A DNA stretch of 17,417 nucleotides, from NCBI GenBank assembly GCA_963825865.1, contig CAWGVG010000039.1, forward strand, positions 1 through 17,417, in the 5' to 3' direction. A model generated the notes under the pieces. The model searched no databases and was not told the origin of the DNA. It saw only the letters and a program-made list of their open reading frames with translations. The DNA comes from an uncultured Nitrososphaeraceae archaeon (GTDB taxonomy: Archaea; Thermoproteota; Nitrososphaeria; Nitrososphaerales; Nitrososphaeraceae). The first letter of the stretch is position 1; each line of letters starts with the position of its first letter. Shown piece after piece: positions 1 to 7,795 of this stretch. The translations under genes were made by a program, and so were the position numbers.

Positions 1-267
1 CATTACTTTATCAGTCGATAAAATTTTCGAGGCGTTCTTTTCGATGATGTTAACAGGTTTACTTGCACGTATTTCGTTAACAACATATCCACACAAGACT
101 ACAAGTGCCTCATTTGTATTAATTTTCAAATTCCTTGCAAGTTTTTCTTTAATTATTTCTACTGATGCATAGAATATTCCTTCATCAGATTTGTCCTTAT
201 AGTCAAAAATTTGAGTAAAGGGCGGGGTATCTCGTTCCCCTTTTACTATTACTTTAACAGAAATCAT
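1..267 (-). CDS. Divergent urease gamma subunit (UreA)-like protein, 3' end runs off the window
   Basis: Not in ORF track. Manual translation from ATG 267-265: MISVKVIVKGERDTPPFTQIFDYKDKSDEGIFYASVEIIKEKLARNLKINTNEALVVLCGYVVNEIRASKPVNIIEKNASKILSTDKVM, open to window edge. KLARNLKINTNEA...NEIRASKPV...KILSTDKVM parallels the UreA pattern (R.ARGLKLN.PEA...E.AR.GK.V...IL..DDVM). Start overlaps the upstream stop (ATGA). Confidence 0.75.
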   Translation of the reverse strand, partial: MISVKVIVKGERDTPPFTQIFDYKDKSDEGIFYASVEIIKEKLARNLKINTNEALVVLCGYVVNEIRASKPVNIIEKNASKILSTDKVM

Positions 268-1389
268 TTGCCTCTTCGTTTAGGAGGTTTAGCCTTGGGC
301 GCTTTTCCAAAATCATATGTGTGTCCTGTTCCATGATAAAATTTTGGTCTCACTGGATTGCCTTCGATTTGGCCTTTCTTTGTCAAAGCCAATCCTGCTA
401 AAAGCTCCACGATTAACCTGTTGGCTAGTCCTGATGTAATACCCCCATTATAGGAATTCTGATCGCTAACATCATAATTGGGCGCAACTTCTACGAGATC
501 AAATGCAAATTTATCTGGATCAAAAGAAGTAGACAATAATCGCATCAATCTCATCCCTTCCCTAGAAGTTAATCCATTTGGCTCAGGCTCACCTGTTCCA
601 GGAGCATATGCTGGATCAAAGGTATCTATGTCCCAGCTGATATAAACAGCATCAACATTATCATTAGCCCTATCTGCTGCCTCCTTTGCAATCTGATCTA
701 TTCCCATCTCTTCTACATCCAACATGGTAAACCATTGAAAGTCCTGATCTGCCATCCATTTGTAAATCTCTGGTCCAGGCCAATAGCCTCTAGGACCGAT
801 CAATGTATAATTCTTCCCTTTAAGGCATCCTAATTCCATAATTCTACGTATGTGTGCTCCATGATCATACTTGAAACCACATAATCCCTTGGGGAGCACA
901 GTCTGCATGAGTATCGATATGAATCATGCCAATATTTTTGTATTTTTTGGCAAATGCTCTAACATTTGCAAAAGTAATGGAATGGTCTCCGCCAAGCATG
1001 ACTGGAATTCCGTCAATATCTAATACTTCTTTTACCTTGTCGGTCATTCTCTTATGTGATTCAATTACATCACCAGGGGATACAATTACGTCACCATAAT
1101 CTGCTGCTTTAAATACTCCAAATGGATCCACACCTGTTTCGATGTTAAAGTGCTCATATGGTGGAGATGGCACGGTTGAGGCAGCACGAATAGCCCTTGG
1201 ACCATACCTGGCACCGGGACGGATAGTTGTACCAAAATCGAATGGTTCTCCAATAATAGCTACATCTGGTTTAACTTTATTTAATTCCTCGCGGTTTCTA
1301 AGCCAAGGTAATTTCAGAAATGTAGGAATTCCCACAAAAATTGGCTCGTCATTACCCTTGTATGAATCGCCATAAAATTCCATTCCCAT
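264..1389 (-). CDS. Ureohydrolase (agmatinase/arginase family), ~374 aa once one extra base at 891-894 is removed; frameshifted as read
   Basis: ORFs 865..1389 and 264..908 carry consecutive halves: GEPFDFG, RPGARYGPRAIR, GGDHSIT, HIDTHAD | DHG, SWDIDTFDPAYAPGTG, DLVEVAP. Sense strand reads GAC TGT GCT CCC [C] AAG GGA TTA; deleting one C joins them. Confidence 0.92.
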
Positions 1390-1415
1390 AATAATCTTTC
1401 ATTTATTACTACGGG

Positions 1416-1439
1416 GTATTTTTAAGCATTGCTAAGCAA
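1416..1439 (-). promoter_or_regulatory. Putative TATA box and adjacent short palindrome upstream of ureohydrolase
   Basis: Minus strand reads TTAAAAATA about 30 nt before ATG 1389; TTGCT-A-AGCAA inverted repeat at 1429-1439. Confidence 0.35.
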
Positions 1440-1917
1440 CTAACCACCTTTTAGATTTAGTTCTATAGTCAAATGTTTTCTTCAAGATCTGTCAAGTTCA
1501 ACGAGGATAAGATAACCAAGGGTAGTTAGCCACGATGAAGTTTTTAATTTTGCTATTACTTTATAATGTAATTACTCTGAGACATGCCACGACTAAAACT
1601 TCTTTCCAGTCAATTTCTAAATGTTTCACTATCATTGCACATGTTTTGTGGAATAAGAAGAAAAGATATGAGAGTCACTTAATTAAGAAGATCTTCTACT
1701 ACTTAGGTACCATTAGGACCTTTCATCAACCAAACAAAACTAACACGCAACTTACAATACTCGAGTATGTTGTTATATTAGATATCTTGATCTCACCATG
1801 TAACTTTTTTACCGCCTATCCATTATTATCTAATCCAAAAAATGGACTAGCTAAAGAAAATTTATAAGATGCATCTAGCCCTATAAATTTAAATATATTG
1901 GTAATAAACCCAAATTC

Positions 1918-2052
1918 ATGGATATTTCAGGTGTTATTGGGATGTTTGCTGCAATACTGGTCGCAAGCGGTATCCTCTTATATATCGGAACAATTGGTTT
2001 GAAAAGAGATAAAAAAGAAGATCGACTAAAAGATGACCGCCTTCAAAAATAA
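1918..2052 (+). CDS. Small single-pass membrane protein (44 aa), unknown function
   Basis: Below ORF-track cutoff. MDISGVIGMFAAILVASGILLYIGTIGLKRDKKEDRLKDDRLQK*: one hydrophobic helix then charged tail; TTTAAATA at 1888-1895 sits at TATA spacing. Confidence 0.65.
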   Translation: MDISGVIGMFAAILVASGILLYIGTIGLKRDKKEDRLKDDRLQK

Positions 2053-2241
2053 GAAAGATTTTTGCGTAGATACTCATAATGCCTATAAATCCACATCTTT
2101 GATTTGGAGGTAACTTAACCTCCAACCAAAGTATATTTATGTTCCTAAAATTTATTGTATTATATGATATTTGGCTGGCGATTAAAGAAACATGGCCCTA
2201 GTAATGAAAATTAAGTACAAGAAAACTACAAGAAAAGAGCT

Positions 2242-2676
2242 TTGGATGAGTGGGTAAAATATGGTGAAGACATGACAAATGCAAATAAACTCGATGAAGC
2301 CCTAAAATGTTTTGATAATGCTCTACAGATATATCCACAGAACGATTTTGCTTGGGGTGATAAAGGGTTGATTTTAGATAAGCAGGACAAGAATGAAGAA
2401 GCTTTGGCGGCTTTTTCAAAAGCGATTGTAATTAACCCAAACAATGCCATTACATGGCATAATAAAGGATTGACTTTAATTAGGTCAAAAAAGTTAAGAG
2501 AATCAATCGAATGTTTTGATAAGGCTATAGAAATTAGAGAAGATTATGCTAAAGCATGGTACAACAAGGGTAGAGCTTTATCTATGCTTGGTGAAATTGA
2601 TATATCTCAGAATTGTTTTAACAAAGCAAGAAAATTAGATCCGTTTCTATATACGAAATTAAAGAAAATGCGATAA
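2242..2676 (+). CDS. Tetratricopeptide repeat protein
   Basis: Repeating AW.NKG..L......EA...FDKA..I.P pattern, about 4 TPR units. Start uncertain (TTG 2242; in-frame ATG at 2164 is cut by TAA 2212-2214). Confidence 0.9.
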   Translation: MDEWVKYGEDMTNANKLDEALKCFDNALQIYPQNDFAWGDKGLILDKQDKNEEALAAFSKAIVINPNNAITWHNKGLTLIRSKKLRESIECFDKAIEIREDYAKAWYNKGRALSMLGEIDISQNCFNKARKLDPFLYTKLKKMR

Positions 2677-2771
2677 TAATTCATATTATCATGACTAATA
2701 TGCAACCGGATAAAAAGGCTATTTGTTTAAGCCAAACATTAAATAAAAATTGATGATCTAGCATAAAGTTC

Positions 2772-2954
2772 TTGTTCGGCAAAAAATATGGATGCGGAGG
2801 TTGTGGTACCACTTTCAAAGATAGAGAGGAACTCTTTAAACATGCTCAGGAAATGCATGATAAAAAAACTACCTATTTATGCATAACTTGCGATGAATCA
2901 TTTAGCACCGAATCGTCATTCAAATTGCACATGGCTAGAGATCATATAATATGA
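2772..2954 (+). CDS. Small protein with two C2H2-type zinc fingers
   Basis: Y-x-CxxC-xxx-F-x5-L-xx-H-x4-H (YGCGGCGTTFKDREELFKHAQEMH) and YLCITCDESFSTESSFKLHMARDH; TTAAATA at 2739-2745 upstream of the TTG start. Confidence 0.85.
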   Translation: MFGKKYGCGGCGTTFKDREELFKHAQEMHDKKTTYLCITCDESFSTESSFKLHMARDHII

Positions 2955-3088
2955 GCCACGAGAAACTAATTATTGCTTTTTTTGTATTTCTATTTTTTAA
3001 GTCAACCTGATGTTTTTGTTTAATATAATTTATAATTCTAAACAAAAGTTATTATGAAATTAAGGATAGATTCTGTGGGACAACTATC

Positions 3089-3096
3089 TTTATATA
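3089..3096 (+). promoter_or_regulatory. Putative TATA box of SSS-USP unit
   Basis: TTTATATA about 25 nt upstream of GTG 3121, fitting a leaderless archaeal transcript. Confidence 0.45.
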
Positions 3097-3120
3097 TTTA
3101 AATAAAGGTTTACTAATTTC

Positions 3121-4686
3121 GTGAGCGAAATTCCTATAAGTTATCCAATCGCAGTTTTAGCATTTGTGGCTGCAACTGCTGTTATAGGAGTTTTAGCAGT
3201 CAAATTTGTCAAGAAAAGTAGCAAGCGCTATATCGTAGCTGGCAAAAGTTTGCCATTGTTCTTCATCGGTACTATGTTGGTTTCTGAAGCAGTTGATGGT
3301 AACGCATCATTAGGAAATGTATCTTTAACATTTACCAGCGGGTTTTGGTCTGGTGCAGCGATTCCTCTTGGTTTAAGTATATGTCTAGTCTTAACAGGGG
3401 CCTTTTTTGGCAGAATATTTAACAGAATGAACATGATTACCCTTGCAGACTTTTACTTCAGACGATACGGAAACGTTAGTGAAATTATGTCAGGAACGAT
3501 AATGTCCATAAGCTTCATAGTCCTTGTGGCAGGCAACCTTGCTGCAAGCGGTTACATATTGTCTGTAGTATTAAGTATACCATTAATTTATGCAATGTTA
3601 ATTTCCACTGCAGTAGTCTTATTGTATACATATTTTGGCGGGCTATTTTCATGTGCTTATACGGATATATTCCATATATACCTAGCAGTAGTAGGATTCT
3701 GGGCAGGATTCATCTATTTCATTGGTCCTTGGTCACCGATTCCTGGTGGATTGGAGACAATAGTGGCAAATGTCCCTGGCAATTTCATGGACATGTCTGG
3801 CCTATTTAATCCTGGTAATGGTGCACTACTTAATTGGGCTACCATCTTGTCATTAGGATTAGGAGATATAGTGGCATTGGACTTTATGGAAAGGGTATTT
3901 GCAGCAGATGGTGGCCGAACGGCCGCAAAGAGTTGCTATATGGCAGCAGGCTTGACTTTGCTAATACTAATTCCCACAACAATGATTGGCATAATTGGGC
4001 ACACATTGGAACCTAATATCAGTGATGCATTTACGCTCTATCCCCTCATGGCGATAAAGCATGTGCCAGAAGTAATAGGTATCTTGATGCTCGTAAGCAC
4101 AGTAAGTTGTGGAATGTCTACTGCAAATGGTGGGACTTTGGCTATTGCTAGCGTTCTGTCTAGAAACATACTTCAACGCAACATACTAAGAAAACTAAAG
4201 GTAAAAGGACGAGGCTTAACTGATAGGCAGCTATTGATAGCAACAAGACTTTTGATAATCCCTATGTTCTTTACTGCTTTCTCACTTGGGGCGATTATTC
4301 CAAGGCCAGGCATTTATTTGGTACTTGCGTTTGACATTGTGCTTGCGGGCTGTCTTGTACCATTAATTTTAGGTACATATTGGAGGAAATCTACGGCAGC
4401 AGGTGCCGTAGCATCAATTGCTGTAGGCTCCGCATTAAGACTGGTATTATATTTTGTCATAACTACCGCGACACCAGGCAGTCCATATTTTGCCTACGCA
4501 GGATTAGATACAATGATCCCGCCATTAGTGTCTCTTGTAGTATTCGTATCTGTAAGCTTAGCAACACAAAAGAAAACTCCTCCTAGACACGATGTTATAT
4601 ACCTTGTTCCATCCGATGAGGATGTGGTTAGCGGAGCTGATGTGTCAGAATGGATAAAACCTATTGATGTAAGACAGGTTAGGTAA
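3121..4686 (+). CDS. Sodium:solute symporter (SLC5/SSS family), substrate unknown
   Basis: ~13 hydrophobic segments; Y.VAGKSLP, TLADFYFRRYG, LYTYFGGLFSCAYTD, ERVFAA, GMSTANG, LGTYWRKSTAAGA motifs typical of SSS transporters. Confidence 0.93.
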   Translation: MSEIPISYPIAVLAFVAATAVIGVLAVKFVKKSSKRYIVAGKSLPLFFIGTMLVSEAVDGNASLGNVSLTFTSGFWSGAAIPLGLSICLVLTGAFFGRIFNRMNMITLADFYFRRYGNVSEIMSGTIMSISFIVLVAGNLAASGYILSVVLSIPLIYAMLISTAVVLLYTYFGGLFSCAYTDIFHIYLAVVGFWAGFIYFIGPWSPIPGGLETIVANVPGNFMDMSGLFNPGNGALLNWATILSLGLGDIVALDFMERVFAADGGRTAAKSCYMAAGLTLLILIPTTMIGIIGHTLEPNISDAFTLYPLMAIKHVPEVIGILMLVSTVSCGMSTANGGTLAIASVLSRNILQRNILRKLKVKGRGLTDRQLLIATRLLIIPMFFTAFSLGAIIPRPGIYLVLAFDIVLAGCLVPLILGTYWRKSTAAGAVASIAVGSALRLVLYFVITTATPGSPYFAYAGLDTMIPPLVSLVVFVSVSLATQKKTPPRHDVIYLVPSDEDVVSGADVSEWIKPIDVRQVR

Positions 4687-4689
4687 AAG

Positions 4690-5208
4690 GTGACAAATAC
4701 GACAGAGGCCAAGCAAGTAATAAATGAAAAAAATGACCTGATACATGATCAGCAGCCAACAGTAAAAAAAATACTCGTGGCTATTGATAAATCAGGGTAT
4801 AAAGATAAAATTACAGTTTATGCAGTGATGTTAGCAAAAGTGTTAGGAGCAGATGTAACAGCCATACATGTTCTTGACAAATCTTCTTTGGGCTTTGTAG
4901 GGGGTCTATTGTCGTATTATAGAGGAGGCAAAATAGAAGTCTATGTAGATGCGTTAAAAAAACAAGCTGAAGAATTACTTGCTGAAGCTGAGGTTTTAGG
5001 AAAAAAAGAAGGTGTCAGGATGAATGTAGAAGTCTTGATGCACTCGCCTTCAATTGCAGAAGGAATAATTGATTATGCCAAAAGGAATGATATGGATCTT
5101 ATTGTGGTCGGCACCAAAGGTCTTACTGGAGTTGAAAAATTTCTCATAGGGAGTGTTGCAAGTAATGTCATTGCACATGCGCACTGTCCGGTAATGGCCA
5201 TTAGATGA
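4690..5208 (+). CDS. Universal stress protein (UspA family)
   Basis: KILVAIDKS N-terminal strand; DLIVVGTKGLTGVEKFLIGSVASNVIAHAHCPVMAIR ATP-binding USP signature; 3 nt after SSS stop. Confidence 0.95.
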   Translation: MTNTTEAKQVINEKNDLIHDQQPTVKKILVAIDKSGYKDKITVYAVMLAKVLGADVTAIHVLDKSSLGFVGGLLSYYRGGKIEVYVDALKKQAEELLAEAEVLGKKEGVRMNVEVLMHSPSIAEGIIDYAKRNDMDLIVVGTKGLTGVEKFLIGSVASNVIAHAHCPVMAIR

Positions 5209-5473
5209 CTATAATGAATTCTAATAATGTGATAGATTAATGTGTAGGTTACGTATCTTATGCTAACAATTGGTTGCGGTTTCCTTACTCATGATATTAT
5301 AAAGAGAGGATGATCGAGGATAACAGGTAATAGCTCTTCCTTAAATTGTCAGAAAAGAGATCATATTTAATCACTAAATAGATTATTAGTTAGATGTAAT
5401 CCTTATATTTTCAAATAAGGAAGTTTTTTTAGTTCAAGGTGATGAAAGTTAGTATAGATCTGTCTAACTACTT

Positions 5474-6352
5474 ATGACATTGACGCTTGAGGATAAGATA
5501 ATTTCTATTGTAGAAAAGTCTCCTTCTGATCAATATTTCTTATACCGACAACTAGGCACGGTAAAAATATCAGAAATAACAAAGGTAATCACTGAGCTTC
5601 AAAGAAGAAATATAATTCATGTTATAAAACATCGTAAAAATTACCGGACAGGATTAATGATTCCGGTTTATTCCTTATCGATAGAATCTCCTGGGAGAAA
5701 TAAATTGGATATTGACGGTTTGCTTGCAGGCGTTATTTCTGAAAGATTAGTTGAATATCCTTTCCTAACGAGAAATTTGATATCTCCGGACACTAAGGCC
5801 AGAATACTTGATATTGGTTCTGCGAATTCTCCCTTAACAAAAGCAATTAGCAAGTTTGGAAATAAGAAATGGCAGGTAATTGGGATAGACATAGCGACAG
5901 TATCAGAAAAATTCGATTCTCTATCATTAACAAGAATGGATGCCAGACTGTTGGGATTTCGTGATGAAGTATTCGATCAGATAATTTGTATAAGCACTAT
6001 TGAACATATTGGAATTCCTTCCGATTATTACAATATTAGGCAAAGTGATGAGCTAGGAGATATGCGGGCAATTTCAGAGATTTATCGCGTGTTAAAGAAA
6101 GGTGGCTCTGTTATTGCAACATTGCCATACGGTAACAAAATAAAAAAACAAGATCATAGAATTTACAGTAAATCTAGCCTTGACAATATAACACTGGTTT
6201 TTTCTGTAATCAGAAAAGAGTTTTATCGATATGATGATGGCAAGTGGAAAAAATGCAAAAACCAGTCAATTGCAGACAAAATATCCAATACAAAAGGAAT
6301 TCCTCCATATTTCCATAGTCGTGTATGTGCTTGTCTGCTTCTTGGGAAATAA
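5474..6352 (+). CDS. Class I SAM-dependent methyltransferase with N-terminal winged-helix-like extension
   Basis: ILDIGS motif I, IGID, DAR..F....FDQIICISTIEHIG, EIYRVLKKGG; SERLVEYPF precedes motif I; first ~70 aa look like three helices plus a beta hairpin. Confidence 0.88.
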   Translation: MTLTLEDKIISIVEKSPSDQYFLYRQLGTVKISEITKVITELQRRNIIHVIKHRKNYRTGLMIPVYSLSIESPGRNKLDIDGLLAGVISERLVEYPFLTRNLISPDTKARILDIGSANSPLTKAISKFGNKKWQVIGIDIATVSEKFDSLSLTRMDARLLGFRDEVFDQIICISTIEHIGIPSDYYNIRQSDELGDMRAISEIYRVLKKGGSVIATLPYGNKIKKQDHRIYSKSSLDNITLVFSVIRKEFYRYDDGKWKKCKNQSIADKISNTKGIPPYFHSRVCACLLLGK

Positions 6353-6364
6353 TATTGAATAGAA

Positions 6365-6716
6365 TTTTTAGAAGCAAGTGTGGGGACCTGGATAATAATA
6401 TATGCAGATATATCATTTATCGTTGCAAGACTTATACGGCTAAAATCATTTATAGGCGGTAGTATATCTTATTTTTTTGTGTTTGTATTACATGTTCCAT
6501 TCGCTACATCATCTAGCAGGTTCAATGGCCGATGCTGCTAAGTATGTGTCGCCATATGCAACTGGTTTGGTTGGATTTGCTGGAGGATTGATTACTGCAA
6601 CGTTCGGAAAAACTGCGACTCCGAAGACAGAGTCAGTAAATCTTAAGGCATACCATAAACAAATAGATACTCGTTTAATAGATGCCTCCGTTCTTAATCT
6701 TTGTTTCATTAGGTAG
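6365..6716 (+). pseudogene. Possible degraded membrane-protein gene remnant
   Basis: Two overlapping frames give protein-like hydrophobic stretches (LEASVGTWIIIYADISFIVARL... and MADAAKYVSPYATGLVGFAGGLITATFGK...), ending where the GC-rich segment begins. No family recognised. Confidence 0.2.
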
Positions 6717-6740
6717 GTCGGCTACTAGAGGAGGAATGTT

Positions 6741-7259
6741 ATGACAAGCCGCTCTCCAGACGCCGCCGCAAACAAGCCCCCAGTCCTCAGTTCCAACGAG
6801 ATCGACGAGCTCCTTTCGATGACGCTCATCGCTAACCTGGCCACGCTCGACGACGACGGGAGTATCCATCTCCTGCCCATGTGGTTCCTGCGGGTCGACA
6901 AAGACATCTGCATTCCGACCTCTCGCTACACACACAAGTATCGGAACCTCCGGAAGAGACCACGCGCCTCCGTGATGATCGACGTTTCGCGTGCGGGCCT
7001 GAACCTTAAAGGGGTGCTGATCAGAGGTCGGGTGGAACTCGTGGATGGAGAGAAGGCGCGGCGGATCAATCGTTCGATCCATCTGAAGTATGTGACGCAG
7101 GAAGCGCTGAGCGACCCCAGCGTCGCCTCTTATCTCTCGGAAGGCGACGATGTAACCGTGAAGGTCCACATAGATGACTTGATCAGCTGGAACCTGGCTG
7201 GCTCGAAGGCGGGGAAGGCCCTGCATGTGTGCGGTTGGTTCCGCACACTCGATGGATAG
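6741..7259 (+). CDS. Pyridoxamine 5'-phosphate oxidase-like split-barrel protein (PPOX class, probable F420/flavin-dependent)
   Basis: IANLATLDDDGSIHLLPMWF, T.....KYRNLRKRPRASVMID, GVLIRGRVELV, SW motifs; GAGGAGG Shine-Dalgarno-like element just upstream; GC far above flanks. Confidence 0.9.
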   Translation: MTSRSPDAAANKPPVLSSNEIDELLSMTLIANLATLDDDGSIHLLPMWFLRVDKDICIPTSRYTHKYRNLRKRPRASVMIDVSRAGLNLKGVLIRGRVELVDGEKARRINRSIHLKYVTQEALSDPSVASYLSEGDDVTVKVHIDDLISWNLAGSKAGKALHVCGWFRTLDG

Positions 7260-7795
7260 GGAAGCAACAGGAAGGAGACACATACCCAAACGTTATGTCA
7301 CCGAGATAAGATGATCAGGCACCATGGTCACGAGTTTTTCAGGCATGATTTATTGTTATTATAATATGTACGTCTGTTTATCTTTTAGCTTGGTAGAGTT
7401 TTTGACTAATAATAAGAGGGTGTGGTATGATTTATAACACATATGTTGAAAATTATTGCTATATAATATTTGTATTTTGAACTCTGTATTCCTATTTTTG
7501 CCTCCTACTCAGCCAGTTTTTCTGATACAATAAGACAGATTTGTCAATGCACGATCTTTTCCCTCATCGAGATGACAAGTTTGAGTTTCCTTTTATTCTT
7601 AATTATTCATCTCCTCCAATTCCTAAAACTCAATATTGCCACTGTTGATAGTGATTAATCCACTAATACCTGTAAACACCCACCGACTACACCTTATATC
7701 CATTCATCCATTCATAGAGAAGAGATAATAGCCGATCAATCAAAGGCAATATTACGCACACTATTAAATTAGGGTAATCATTTATTTTCAGATCA

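Noticed and set aside
1535-1867. 110-aa plus-strand ORF in the gap upstream of the ureohydrolase
   Set aside because: No recognisable motif; composition resembles translated AT-rich intergenic DNA.
1390-1917. Possible guanidine riboswitch ahead of the ureohydrolase
   Set aside because: No ykkC-type or paired ACGR hairpin structure seen, and the TATA spacing implies little or no 5' leader; an Rfam scan would be decisive.
1934-2125. 63-aa minus-strand ORF
   Set aside because: Antisense to the more convincing 1918..2052 membrane microprotein; no motif.
6675-7289. 204-aa minus-strand ORF over the GC-rich segment
   Set aside because: Shadow of the PPOX gene; high GC suppresses stop codons.
7260-7345. 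Integron attC-like or IS-end signal after the PPOX gene (GTTATGT, repeated TCAGGCA)
   Set aside because: No matching RYYYAAC box or extended palindrome, and no convincing terminal repeats or target duplication.
7470-7658. 62-aa ORF between the GC-rich insert and mptE
   Set aside because: No motif, weak start, other frames interrupted by stops.
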